A stretch of 64,000 nucleotides of DNA, from the NCBI GenBank assembly GCA_965279035.1, contig OZ257142.1, positions 2,848,001 to 2,912,000 of the forward strand, read 5' to 3'. Shown here one piece after another: positions 29,501 to 38,493 of this stretch. The stretch is from Bacteroidia bacterium (GTDB lineage: Bacteria > Bacteroidota > Bacteroidia > M30B66). How positions within the stretch are numbered: position 1 is the stretch's first letter; every line of letters begins with the position of its first letter. The notes under the pieces were generated by a model. It had not been told where the DNA came from. It saw nothing but the letters and a program-made list of their open reading frames with translations, and made no database searches. The position numbers and the translations under genes were made by a program.

Positions 29501-29561
29501 TGATGGCTCCCCAATCGGAACAGAAGTGATTGTGAGCTTACCTTTTACTACATTTGAATAA
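26544..29561 (+). CDS. LytS-type sensor histidine kinase with Reg_prop propellers and Y_Y_Y domain
   Basis: Many LWIGT..GL repeats, YSNLPPGEYT, a TM helix, QMNPHFIFNALNSI, ENAVIHG and DNGIG. Confidence 0.93.
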   Translation: MLHHSKILLLLLLFPLGIGAQQFHFRNYSLSEGLAQSQVYTLCQSKNGTIWMGTRGGGLSAFDGIRFQNYTTKDGLADNYILCLTEDSNGILWIGTNNGLCSFNGRVFKSEILPDSGTIVVESILLNYQNALIIGTQKGIYELKANKWNRFRTDIKSIQENITCLYNDHKNRLWIGNNSGLTCIDKKTIQHVGSKEGLPSEAIRCITEDAGGTIWIGTYGHGIAWITTKGIRVMNSKSVLPDPIVQSLYRDNQNRIWIGTQEAGAGYWNPSDSLFRFINERDGLCNNHIRCIIDDYWGNIWLGSSGGGVSKYFGQQFTHFDQRSGLPGRNVYALAEDSSGAIWFSTSSGGLCRAEGNLIKDFSRAEGFPTVKIKKLMIDLQNRLWIGTEGEGIYIYNGKDFTHLGNENGLMGNWIRDIIQDLAGNIWIAKAGGGIAKVSEVNSKFEIRQFGVEQGLPEDRINALLQDKIGRIWFATTSSGCGFIENDSIYSFNTKDGLSSQKLRSLTMAPNGDVWIGTADRGLSVVTMQGNRANFRSISVKQGLTSDNSYLLIFDHDGRLWNGTEKGLDRITLGSDVEVEEIKHYGYSEGFIGIETSQNAAILDSQGKLWFGTINGLTRFNPSLTDINKIAPILQLRDIRLFFKPLLETNYAPFWETIDRDTTSVLKLPYNQNHLSFDFFGVNQRNPEQVKYQWKLVGLDENWTPAGFQHNITYSNLPPGEYTLLYRAENEDGIWSESKSIHFSIEQPIWKRWWFLTISVGFLVVFVWIYFRWRLRRIKHKAKEAQEKLKLETDVLKLEQKALQLQMNPHFIFNALNSIQALIGTQDEKTARYYLSKFSRLMRQILESSREQLIPLEMEISILENYLSIEQFSHGVKFTWKINYEDSIDIKNTSILPMLIHPFVENAVIHGLIPKGADGHIQILFSKFENQLLVRIMDNGIGREKARERRSQQDQQHKSTALLVVQERLALLEGKTHIQINDLTNDDGSPIGTEVIVSLPFTTFE

Positions 29562-29642
29562 ATTATTTTCACCGCGATTTTAATTGCATACATTCGCTAA
29601 ATACTGTATTAAATTGAATATAAATTATAAACAAGCAAGGTC

Positions 29643-29666
29643 AATTCGTAATTTGTAATTTGTAAT
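29643..29666. repeat. Heptamer tandem repeat (TAATTYG)n, left part
   Basis: AATTCGTAATTTGTAATTTGTAAT directly abuts the IS left end. Confidence 0.85.
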
Positions 29667-29760
29667 CAGTACTGTCCGGTTAAAATTGAGATTGCATGAT
29701 TTACCTTCTGTAGTTGCAGTAAATGCGGGTGTTGATGGTATTTATTTAAAATAAAGCCCC

Positions 29761-30963
29761 CTATGGAGGGAACAATGGCAGTTGAAAGGATTTAATTTGA
29801 TTTCTAATTAGCGATTTTTCAGGATTGATGAGGAATTCAAAAAGGTTGATATAGGTCATCAAATGTAGCCTGACCATGGCTGCAAGATTTGAAAACGACC
29901 AGTTTTTACCAGCTCTTGCTTTGACAATTTTTAAGACAAGGTCAGCGATCAGGGCACACCAGATTTGGATTTTGATCGCATTTTCGCTCTCTCCAAGGAA
30001 GCTTTGCATCGGATAGTTCTGTTTGATACGCTTAAATAGCGATTCGATCTGCCAACGATTTTTATAAAACAGTGCGATTGAGGAGGGTTTGAATTGATTG
30101 TTATTGGTTATGAATTCAAATATCCTCTTCGATTTTTTGTCCTCATATTTTATAAGACGTGCCTTCACTCGTGTATTGTTATTGTGCTTGGTGTGGCCCA
30201 TTTCTATAATCTGGTCGAGCAAAATTCCGTTCTGCTTTTCCTTGTCTGAAATTTTCTTTTCCCGCAGGACTTTGATCACGGTGTTGTTTCGTAATCGGGT
30301 CACCCATGTGACATTTTCTTCCGAGAAACGGTTGTATTGCTTGTAATCATTATAACCACGATCAAACACCACAATGGACCCACGTTGCAGGTGTATGTTC
30401 TGCAGAAATGGGCTGTCGGCTCCAGCTCCAGCAGAGAACCTTATCAAGCAAGGCACGTCTTGATCACTCCTCATTAAAGTATGCACCTTAATACCGCCTT
30501 TGCGCTTACCATCGGCGGGATTACGACCGGCATTTTTCAAAACTTCCTGAAACAACTGAATCGTTGTCGAGTCAACAATATAAAGCCGGGATGCGATTTT
30601 ACTTCGGCTGTCCGGTAAAAAATGCTTGTATCGGTCATAAAGCCAGTAGTAAATATCTTCAAAGACATCGGCTGGTCGACTGGTATTTGCATCTGAAATC
30701 GTGCTCCTTCTGGGAAAGTAGTTGATTCCTAAATGCTGTATCCTGCCTTCCCAGGCAAGTAGGCCTGAGGTCACTTCTCGGATACCTGTACACCGATTAA
30801 AGATTGCGTAAAGCATCGTTACTAGGTGCGTATAAGTCCTGAAGTTCTTATAATACCTATCAGCGTTATGCTCATCAGCTATGTCCTTTACTTTCGTCTG
30901 AGGCAGATAAGAAAGGAGTTGACTGTAAATCGGCTGTCCGGTAAAATATTTACTTTTACTCAT
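29761..30963 (-). CDS. IS4-family DDE transposase (DUF4372-like N-terminus)
   Basis: IVDSTTI, VFDRGY and YKNRWQIESLFK (YREK) motifs; likely start MSKSKYFTGQP. Confidence 0.95.
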   Translation of the reverse strand: MSKSKYFTGQPIYSQLLSYLPQTKVKDIADEHNADRYYKNFRTYTHLVTMLYAIFNRCTGIREVTSGLLAWEGRIQHLGINYFPRRSTISDANTSRPADVFEDIYYWLYDRYKHFLPDSRSKIASRLYIVDSTTIQLFQEVLKNAGRNPADGKRKGGIKVHTLMRSDQDVPCLIRFSAGAGADSPFLQNIHLQRGSIVVFDRGYNDYKQYNRFSEENVTWVTRLRNNTVIKVLREKKISDKEKQNGILLDQIIEMGHTKHNNNTRVKARLIKYEDKKSKRIFEFITNNNQFKPSSIALFYKNRWQIESLFKRIKQNYPMQSFLGESENAIKIQIWCALIADLVLKIVKARAGKNWSFSNLAAMVRLHLMTYINLFEFLINPEKSLIRNQIKSFQLPLFPP

Positions 30964-30999
30964 GATTATTTTGGTGTGTCGTAACTCAAAAATAATCAC

Positions 31000-31032
31000 A
31001 AAAGGAGTGATCGAAATGGTCGCTCCTTTTTT
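31000..31032. terminator. Hairpin inside the IS end, upstream of the transposase
   Basis: AAAAGGAGTGATC-GAAAT-GGTCGCTCCTTTT followed by further Ts. Confidence 0.6.
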
Positions 31033-31061
31033 CTGATTTAAACTTTAACCGGACAGTACTG

Positions 31062-31086
31062 ATTCGTAATTCGTAATTCGTAATTC
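31062..31086. repeat. Heptamer tandem repeat (TAATTCG)n, right part
   Basis: ATTCGTAATTCGTAATTCGTAATTC directly follows the IS right end. Confidence 0.85.
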
Positions 31087-31097
31087 ATTATTCAACC

Positions 31098-31835
31098 ATG
31101 CCTTTCCAAGCACTCATTATTGATGATATTTCTGAAGCTCGTAATAATTTACGTAGAGATTTGACCGATTGGTGTCCAGAAGTGGAAATCATCGGCGAGG
31201 CGGATGGAGTTATTTCTGGGGCGAAAGAAATTCGGAAACTGAAACCTAATTTAGTTTTCCTCGATATTCAAATGCAGGATGGTAGTGGGTTTGATTTGTT
31301 GGATATTCTTGGTGAGATGCAATTACACGTAATTTTCACAACAGCTTCTGATGCTTTTGCTGTTAAAGCTTTTCGGTATGCAGCGATTGATTATTTGCTC
31401 AAACCAATTGATCCAGATGAATTAAAAGCAGCAGTTGCTAAAATTAAAAAACACGAATATTCTGGTGAAAATTTAGAATTTCTAAAACACCAATTAACTT
31501 CAAAAAAACAAACAGATCGCATAGCACTTCATACATTGGAGAAAATTCATGTGGTAACCATTGAAGAAATTATCCACTGCGAATCAGATGATAATTACAC
31601 ACGTTTTTATTTTAAAGATAAATCCAAATTACTAGTTACTCGAACGCTGAAAGAATTTGATGAACTCCTTAGTCCGCTTGGTTTTTTACGTGTACATCAA
31701 AGTCATTTAATAAATCTCAAACAGGTGAAAGAATTTATCAAAGGAGAAGGGGGTTATTTGATCATGAAAGATGGAAGTAATGTTCCTGTTTCGACCCGTA
31801 AAAAACATGAGGTGTTAGAAAAATTAATAGATTAA
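31098..31835 (+). CDS. LytR/AlgR-family response regulator
   Basis: REC domain (IIDD, FLDIQM, DYLLKP) plus LytTR domain (FLRVHQSHLIN, VPVSTRK). Confidence 0.95.
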   Translation: MPFQALIIDDISEARNNLRRDLTDWCPEVEIIGEADGVISGAKEIRKLKPNLVFLDIQMQDGSGFDLLDILGEMQLHVIFTTASDAFAVKAFRYAAIDYLLKPIDPDELKAAVAKIKKHEYSGENLEFLKHQLTSKKQTDRIALHTLEKIHVVTIEEIIHCESDDNYTRFYFKDKSKLLVTRTLKEFDELLSPLGFLRVHQSHLINLKQVKEFIKGEGGYLIMKDGSNVPVSTRKKHEVLEKLID

Positions 31836-31859
31836 TCTCAAATTTGAAAATTCAATCCT

Positions 31860-32387
31860 GTGGTCAATTTCCAACCAACATTAGAAAATGAATTGATTCG
31901 ACTGAGAGCTTTACTTGAGTCGGATTATGAGGAATTATATCAATGTGCTTCCGATCCCTTGATTTGGGAAATCCATCCAAATAAATTTCGCTACAAACGT
32001 GAAGTATTTGATGTGTATTTTCAAGAAGCAATTGCAGGAAAAATGGCTTTTGCAATTGAAGATGTAAAAACAAGAAAAATCATCGGAAGTACTCGATTAT
32101 ACAACTATTTCCCTGAAAAGAAATCCATTGCAATTGGCTATACATTTCTAACTCGTCAGTATTGGGGAGGTATTTATAATCAAGCGATGAAGAAACTCTT
32201 AACAGAGTATGCTTTTCAGTTTTCTGATGAGATAATTTTGCATATTGGAGCTAAAAATATACGTTCTCAAAAGGCAACTGAAAAATTGGGTGCATTAAAA
32301 ATAGCTGAGGAAAATATTCCTTCCCAAGATGAATCAAACACATTAAATTTTGTATATCAATTAAAGAAATCACTTTCAAACCTATAA
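31860..32387 (+). CDS. GNAT (RimJ/RimL-like) acetyltransferase
   Basis: IGSTR, IGYTFL...WG and N.RSQKA.EKLG motifs. Confidence 0.85.
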   Translation: MVNFQPTLENELIRLRALLESDYEELYQCASDPLIWEIHPNKFRYKREVFDVYFQEAIAGKMAFAIEDVKTRKIIGSTRLYNYFPEKKSIAIGYTFLTRQYWGGIYNQAMKKLLTEYAFQFSDEIILHIGAKNIRSQKATEKLGALKIAEENIPSQDESNTLNFVYQLKKSLSNL

Positions 32388-32457
32388 TTCAAGCTAAAAA
32401 TGAAGTACGTTGAGCGTGTCGATTCGTATCCAAGCAAACAAAAAAAAACAAATTCCT

Positions 32458-32973
32458 ATGAATTATCCACTACCATCCGAATATAAACCCTATTTCCATC
32501 GCTATATAAGTTTGGTAAAAGGCGAAGATTTTTTTGAGCAATACGATAAAACAAACCTTGAATTCATTCAATTCCTAGAATCAATCCCACTTGAAAAACA
32601 TGATTATTTCTATGCTCCGGGAAAATGGACAATTAAACAAATCCTTCGTCATCTGATTGATTGTGATCGGGTATTTGGATATCGTGCTCTTGTTGCAGCG
32701 CGTGGAGATAAATCACTTTTATATTCTTTCGATGAGGATTCCTATGCTCAGGTTTCTGCACATGAAACGTGTAGTTTGAATTATCTGATAGAAGAATTTA
32801 AAGCTGTTCGGTTTTCGAATCGTTGCTTATTCGAACAAGTAACAGAAGAACAATCTACATCGCTTGCAAATACCGAAGGACACCCCATGTCGGTTCGAGC
32901 CATTGCATACATTCTCATTGGGCATGTTTTACATCATACTTCCGTAATAAAAGAACGCTACTTGAAAGTATAA
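32458..32973 (+). CDS. DinB-family protein
   Basis: YAPGKWTIKQILRH and GHVLHH...ERYL motifs; likely ATG 32458. Confidence 0.88.
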   Translation: MNYPLPSEYKPYFHRYISLVKGEDFFEQYDKTNLEFIQFLESIPLEKHDYFYAPGKWTIKQILRHLIDCDRVFGYRALVAARGDKSLLYSFDEDSYAQVSAHETCSLNYLIEEFKAVRFSNRCLFEQVTEEQSTSLANTEGHPMSVRAIAYILIGHVLHHTSVIKERYLKV

Positions 32974-32982
32974 TAAGTTAGA

Positions 32983-33915
32983 ATGATTTATCGATTCTTC
33001 GTATATACATTTCTTCTTGCATGCATTTCATCAACAGTAATTGCAAAGAATCACATTGATAATCAACCTAAAATTGCATTAAGTTTTGATGATGGTTCTA
33101 CGAGTGATATGCCCGGCTATTCACTCGAAAAATGGAATGAGCTTTTACTCAAACATCTTCAAAAATATCAAATTCAATCAGCATTATTTTCCTCAGGAAA
33201 AAACAAACAAAATATCAAAGGAAAATTCATTTTAAATTCCTGGAATGCTGCGGGACATCGAATAGGGAATCATTCTTTTTCTCATCAAAATTTCAATAAT
33301 CCTACTTATTCACTTTTACAGTTTGAACAGGATTTTTTAAAAAACGACTCAATCATTCGTTTATATAGCAATTACTTTCCTTTCTTTCGGTTTCCATTTC
33401 TCAAAGAAGGAAATACAGCAGAAAAAGTGAACGGATTTCGAGATTTTCTGAAATCAAAAGGATATTCAAATGCACATGTCAGTATTGATGCTTCGGATTG
33501 GTATATTGATGCTCGTTTGGTAAAACGCTTGAAACAACAACCTAAAGCCAATATCAGTGCTTATAAGAAATATTATATAGAACATTTATTTAATCGCGCT
33601 ACTTATTATGATTCGCTTGCGTTCCAACTCTGTGGGCGACATATTCATCATGTACTTTTATTGCATCATAATTTAGCCGCAGCGCTTTTTTTAGGCGATT
33701 TAATTGAATATTTCAAAGCGAATGGCTGGGAATTTACATCCATTGAAGATGCTTATAACGATGAATTTTATTCTCAAAAGCCCAGCATAATTCCAGCTGG
33801 CGAAAGTTTGGTTTGGGCTTTAGCTAAACAAAGTGGAAAATTTGAGTCTGTTCTCCGCTATCCAGCAGAAGATGGTGAATATGAACGTGAAGCAATGGAT
33901 AAACTTGGATTGTAA
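32983..33915 (+). CDS. Polysaccharide deacetylase (CE4) family protein
   Basis: LSFDDG, GNHSFSH, FRFPFL and LLLH motifs. Confidence 0.88.
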   Translation: MIYRFFVYTFLLACISSTVIAKNHIDNQPKIALSFDDGSTSDMPGYSLEKWNELLLKHLQKYQIQSALFSSGKNKQNIKGKFILNSWNAAGHRIGNHSFSHQNFNNPTYSLLQFEQDFLKNDSIIRLYSNYFPFFRFPFLKEGNTAEKVNGFRDFLKSKGYSNAHVSIDASDWYIDARLVKRLKQQPKANISAYKKYYIEHLFNRATYYDSLAFQLCGRHIHHVLLLHHNLAAALFLGDLIEYFKANGWEFTSIEDAYNDEFYSQKPSIIPAGESLVWALAKQSGKFESVLRYPAEDGEYEREAMDKLGL

Positions 33916-33995
33916 TTTCAGTCACATTTTCTAATACAGACCAAATTTGTAATTAAACGAACTTAAATCAATCTGTTGTAAACCTCTATAATTAT

Positions 33996-34038
33996 ATGAT
34001 TTCTATCAGTTAAATTATTTATTTGACTTGTAATTTTG
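33996..34038 (+). promoter_or_regulatory. Crp/Fnr-type box plus -7 promoter box of the desaturase gene
   Basis: TGAT-TTCT-ATCA at 33997-34008; TAATTTTG at 34031-34038. Confidence 0.5.
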
Positions 34039-34055
34039 CATTCAAATTTTAATCA

Positions 34056-35144
34056 ATGAAAACCGTTAAGTTTGTTAGTAACGATTTGCATCAGAAGCAA
34101 TTTGCCGCAGAAGTCAGAAAAAATGTTTTAGCCTATTTTAAAGAGAATAAACTTTCAACGAAAGGAGATGCAGGCTTATTATTTCGTTCAATTATAATGG
34201 TTTTGTTATATGTGGTTCCATTTATTTTATTTTTCATTTTCCCAATTCCTAATATACTAGCAATTTTTTTTACAATCCTTATGGGAATTGGTATTGCAGG
34301 AACTGGTATGTGTACAATGCACGATGCCGTTCATGGTGCATACTCTTCAAAAAAATGGATGAATACTCTCATGGGTGGTACTTTGTATTTATTAGGAAGC
34401 AATGTATTTAACTGGAAAATTCAACACAATGTACTTCACCACACCTATACGAATATAAATGGTTTAGATCAGGATATTGAATCAAAAGGTCCAATTCGAC
34501 TTTCAGAAAATGCTCCTCTAAAACAATTTCACAAATACCAATTTATACATGCCTTTCTTTTTTATGGATTGATGACTTTAGCTAAGCTGACAAAGGATTT
34601 TACTCAATTAGCATCCTATAATAAAGCAGGAATTACAAAGAATTATAAATTCAATCCAACTATAGAATACATTAAAATGGTTATCTACAAATTAGTGTAT
34701 TTGATGATTATTATCGGACTTCCCATTGCATTTACTAATTATACTTGGTGGCAAGTTCTCATAGGATTTTTAATTATGCATTGGACAGCAGGTGTTATTC
34801 TAAGTACTGTATTCCAAATGGCTCATGTTGTTGAAGGTGCAGAACAACCAATCCCTGATAAAAATGGGATAATTGCCTGTGATTGGACCGTTCATGAATT
34901 GAACACGACTTCTGATTTTGCACCCAAAAACAAATTATTTAATTGGTATGTAGGCGGATTGAACTTCCAAATCGAACATCATATTTTCCCTAATATTTGT
35001 CACATACATTATCCTAAAATTGCCCCCATCGTTGAGGCAACTGCACATAAATACGGATATCAATATAATCTCAAACCAACTTTATGGGATGCGTTTAAAT
35101 CCCATGTTATTCGTTTAAAAGAACTAGGACATACAATCGCTTAG
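34056..35144 (+). CDS. Membrane fatty acid (acyl-CoA) desaturase
   Basis: Histidine boxes HDAVH, HNVLHH and QIEHH. Confidence 0.93.
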   Translation: MKTVKFVSNDLHQKQFAAEVRKNVLAYFKENKLSTKGDAGLLFRSIIMVLLYVVPFILFFIFPIPNILAIFFTILMGIGIAGTGMCTMHDAVHGAYSSKKWMNTLMGGTLYLLGSNVFNWKIQHNVLHHTYTNINGLDQDIESKGPIRLSENAPLKQFHKYQFIHAFLFYGLMTLAKLTKDFTQLASYNKAGITKNYKFNPTIEYIKMVIYKLVYLMIIIGLPIAFTNYTWWQVLIGFLIMHWTAGVILSTVFQMAHVVEGAEQPIPDKNGIIACDWTVHELNTTSDFAPKNKLFNWYVGGLNFQIEHHIFPNICHIHYPKIAPIVEATAHKYGYQYNLKPTLWDAFKSHVIRLKELGHTIA

Positions 35145-35246
35145 TGTTATTTGATTCGAATAAATCAAGAAATTAGTATTTCTAAAACGTTCTATTTGAT
35201 ATTAAGTATAACCCTCTTTCTTTGCATTTAAATTGTGCTTCTTGAA

Positions 35247-37712
35247 ATGGGCGTTTTACGTGTCGGATATTGTTTGATTGTTTCTTTTCTTTTGTTAGGA
35301 ATAAGGATGGATATTCAGGCTCAGTCTATCCGTATTATGGGGAGAATATTTGATTCTGCAACGAATAAGCCGATTGAATTTGTCATTATTTCAGCATTAT
35401 CTCCTTCAGATAGTCTGTTAGGTGGTGGATTAAGTCAAGGGAATGGAGATTTCGTGTTGGAAAACATCTCCCGAAAAACGAGTAAAATCAAAATACAATT
35501 TATTGGTTACGAAACTCAGATTATTTATCTTAAAACTGAGGCTTCCATATCATTGTATGATTTGGGAAATATCCATTTGAAAATAAATCAACAACAACTA
35601 AAAGAAGTTACTATTGAAGGTGAGAAATCTCAAATGACTTTAGGCATCGACCGACGAATCTATCAAGTAGATAAAGACATAGGTGCAAAAGGTGGAACTG
35701 CACTCGATGCGATAAAAAATATTCCTGGAATAACTGTGGGCAGCGACAATTCAGTTCAATTAAGAAATCAAGGACCAACAATCTTTGTTGATGGACGACC
35801 GAGTTTACTCAGTTTAGATCAAATTCCAGCCGACGATATTGATCGTATTGAAGTAATTACCAATCCATCGGTTAAATATTCTGCAAGTGCAACAGGAGGT
35901 ATTTTGAATGTTGTTTTGAAAAAGAACCTTCGCCCAGGTTATTTCGGTTCTCTCAGTGCAGGAATAGGCAGCAACAATCGGTATTCAACAAATGGGAATA
36001 TTAGTGTTAGAGAAAAGAAATTTAGTATTCAACTATCCGGTAATTATGGCTCATCGCAAAATCATAATAATGGATTTACTCGAAGGGAAAGTTTCACATC
36101 AGGAATTTCTTCAGGGAAATTTAATCTAGATAATTCAAATTTAACAAGTCGTTGGAATTCAAGTGGCCGTATTGCTGCTGATTATAAAATCAATATTCGT
36201 TCGCTATTAAGTGCAAATTATAGCTATTCAGAAAATGGTGTAAACACTTCTGAAAATCAAGATTACACTAGTAAAGACAGTCTTTCTCAACTAGTCAATT
36301 CTGGAAATCGAAACAATGATTTGAAGAACAACTGGAAAATACATTCTGCTCAAATTCTATTCAAAAAGAACTACCCAAAACAAGGAAAAGAATTAAGCGC
36401 CGATATTGGATTAACGCATTCGGATAATTATAATTTCTCGCTATTTGATACCTATACAACAAGCAATTTGTTAAATCCGAATTACATTCCTCATGAACAA
36501 CAAAATAATACAGGTAATCGCTCAGCTACGCTTTACAATGGACAAATAGACTATTCAAATCCCTTAAATGCCACTAGCCGCTTAGAATGGGGTGCTCGAA
36601 TTGCCTATAAACAATCGTTTTCCGACTTTGAAGTCAATGCCATAAATCCAATAAATAATCAAATAATAAGTGATACCGGGCTTTCCAATGCCTTTCGTGT
36701 GGATGATTTTATTGGAGCGGCCTATTTGAATTATGCGGGAAAATTAGGTCCATTTCTTTATCAAGCTGGAATAAGATATGAGCATACTTGGTTTGTTGCT
36801 GAATCTCAAAAAACTGGGCAACATTACAGCTATATCTATCCAAATTCAATTCATGATATAGACAAAGTACTTTTTCCGGCGATTTACTTTTCTAAAAAAA
36901 TAAAAGAAAATCACGAGTTCCAATTGAATTTCTCTAGAAAAATTGGGCGGCCAGGATATATGCAATTAATCCCTTTTATCACTTATGCTGATCGACAAAG
37001 TGTGCAAATTGGAAATCCAGTTTTAGGTCCAGAATTCATAAATCTTGCTGAATTTAATTACAGTTTCCAAGGAAATAAATTCAGTGTTTTGAGTGGAATT
37101 TATACTCGACAAACTTTACAAGCTATCACAACTGTATTGTATAAATCTCCAAGCAATCCGGATATTTTGGTTAGTTCATTTGGAAATGGAAAAGACAAAT
37201 TCGATTTTGGATGGGAAAACACATGGAAACAGAAAATCGTTTCCTGGTTAGATTTTAGTTTAAACACCCATGTTTTTTACAGTAAAATCAGCTTAGAGCA
37301 AAAGGGGATTATAACTCAAAATGAAGGTACTAGCTGGAATGCAAAAACAATGTTCAGCATCAAAGCATCAAAAAAACTGAGTTTTCAAGTGAACGGAAGC
37401 TATGAAGCACCGCGAATCATCCCGCAAGGAACGATCAATGCCATTTGGTTTTCGGATGTTTCTTGCAACTTAACAATTAATAAAAAATTCTCCGCTTCTG
37501 CCACTTTAAGTGATGTGTTTAATACCAAACGATATGGCACAAGCTATCAGAGTTTAAGCTTCAATCAGGATATCTCACGTCGTTGGGAAACACGCTATGT
37601 GCGAGTGAATATTACATGGAAATTTGGCGAACCGGATGTATCGCTATTTCGTCGTAGAAATAATTCCAGAAGAGAACCCGGAAGCGGTGGAACAGAAATG
37701 CAGGAATTGTAG
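35247..37712 (+). CDS. TonB-dependent receptor / outer-membrane beta-barrel family protein
   Basis: Carboxypeptidase-regulatory-like N-domain, plug (IEVITNPSVKY...GGILNVVLKK) and barrel. Start uncertain (35235 or 35247). Confidence 0.88.
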   Translation: MGVLRVGYCLIVSFLLLGIRMDIQAQSIRIMGRIFDSATNKPIEFVIISALSPSDSLLGGGLSQGNGDFVLENISRKTSKIKIQFIGYETQIIYLKTEASISLYDLGNIHLKINQQQLKEVTIEGEKSQMTLGIDRRIYQVDKDIGAKGGTALDAIKNIPGITVGSDNSVQLRNQGPTIFVDGRPSLLSLDQIPADDIDRIEVITNPSVKYSASATGGILNVVLKKNLRPGYFGSLSAGIGSNNRYSTNGNISVREKKFSIQLSGNYGSSQNHNNGFTRRESFTSGISSGKFNLDNSNLTSRWNSSGRIAADYKINIRSLLSANYSYSENGVNTSENQDYTSKDSLSQLVNSGNRNNDLKNNWKIHSAQILFKKNYPKQGKELSADIGLTHSDNYNFSLFDTYTTSNLLNPNYIPHEQQNNTGNRSATLYNGQIDYSNPLNATSRLEWGARIAYKQSFSDFEVNAINPINNQIISDTGLSNAFRVDDFIGAAYLNYAGKLGPFLYQAGIRYEHTWFVAESQKTGQHYSYIYPNSIHDIDKVLFPAIYFSKKIKENHEFQLNFSRKIGRPGYMQLIPFITYADRQSVQIGNPVLGPEFINLAEFNYSFQGNKFSVLSGIYTRQTLQAITTVLYKSPSNPDILVSSFGNGKDKFDFGWENTWKQKIVSWLDFSLNTHVFYSKISLEQKGIITQNEGTSWNAKTMFSIKASKKLSFQVNGSYEAPRIIPQGTINAIWFSDVSCNLTINKKFSASATLSDVFNTKRYGTSYQSLSFNQDISRRWETRYVRVNITWKFGEPDVSLFRRRNNSRREPGSGGTEMQEL

Positions 37713-37714
37713 AT

Positions 37715-37747
37715 TCGATGTACGTAAATCGTTGTACGTATTTCGTT
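37715..37747. repeat. Degenerate period-7/14 tandem repeat between convergent genes
   Basis: TCGATGT ACGTAAA TCGTTGT ACGTATT TCGTT. Confidence 0.55.
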
Positions 37748-37750
37748 AAA

Positions 37751-38119
37751 CTATTTATTTCTCAATTGATCCTCTTGGGCTTTAAATGCAACAATTCGTT
37801 CGATTAATTCAACAGGTAAAGGTTGATCTATTGGAAATTGAACTGCTCCTTTTGAACTTTTATAATGGCCAAATTCATGTTGAAAATGAGCGATACCTGA
37901 TCCCGTTGGATAAAATCCGATGTGTTTAGCATATCCGGCAAAATAAACGATGACTCGATTTAATTTATAGGCTGGCATTTTATAACTAATCACTTCTTCG
38001 GCTTGAGGAATTACTGAACGAATAATTGCACGAATATGCTGCAATTGTTTTTGTGTTGTTTCTGGAAATGAGTGAATATATTCATCTACTTCCGGATTTT
38101 TGAGATGAATGCTAGACAT
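37751..38119 (-). CDS. YdhG/DUF1801-family protein
   Basis: VDEYI, EVISYKMPAY, HIGFYP and SKGAVQFP motifs. Confidence 0.88.
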   Translation of the reverse strand: MSSIHLKNPEVDEYIHSFPETTQKQLQHIRAIIRSVIPQAEEVISYKMPAYKLNRVIVYFAGYAKHIGFYPTGSGIAHFQHEFGHYKSSKGAVQFPIDQPLPVELIERIVAFKAQEDQLRNK

Positions 38120-38196
38120 AGTGAAAGAATTTAGAATGAATAAAAATTGTTTTACATCAACGAGAATACGACATTCGCCAAATTAATCAAACTTTT

Positions 38197-38415
38197 ATGG
38201 AAGAAATTATTACCAAAGACAGCAACGGAAACATTTTGAAAGACGGTGATTCTGTAAAATTAATCAAAGACCTCAAAGTGAAAGGTTCTTCCATCACTTT
38301 GAAGCGTGGAACCGTTGTTAAAAACATCAAATTGACCGATGATCCTGATGAAGTGGATTGTCGCGTTGAAAAAATGGGAATTGTACTTCGTACAGAATTT
38401 CTAGCCAAAGCTTAA
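38197..38415 (+). CDS. PhnA/YjdM C-terminal-domain protein (no zinc ribbon)
   Basis: KDSNGNILKDGDSVKLIKDLKVKGSS..LKRGT.VKNI.L. Confidence 0.88.
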   Translation: MEEIITKDSNGNILKDGDSVKLIKDLKVKGSSITLKRGTVVKNIKLTDDPDEVDCRVEKMGIVLRTEFLAKA

Positions 38416-38493
38416 AAAAGCTAATAATCCTATTATTGACATCAACAGTAGTTGTTGAGTAGAATTTTCATGCTTAATAATGAACCTTAATCT

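Larger units (their letters stand above)
29667..31061 (-). mobile_element. IS4-family insertion sequence (1395 bp)
   Basis: Perfect 18-bp TIRs CAGTACTGTCCGGTTAAA / TTTAACCGGACAGTACTG and an intact transposase. Flanks are ATTTGTAAT / ATTCGTAAT. Confidence 0.95.

Noticed and set aside
29643-31086. CRISPR array
   Set aside because: The repeats are 7-mers without spacers, and there are no cas genes in the window.
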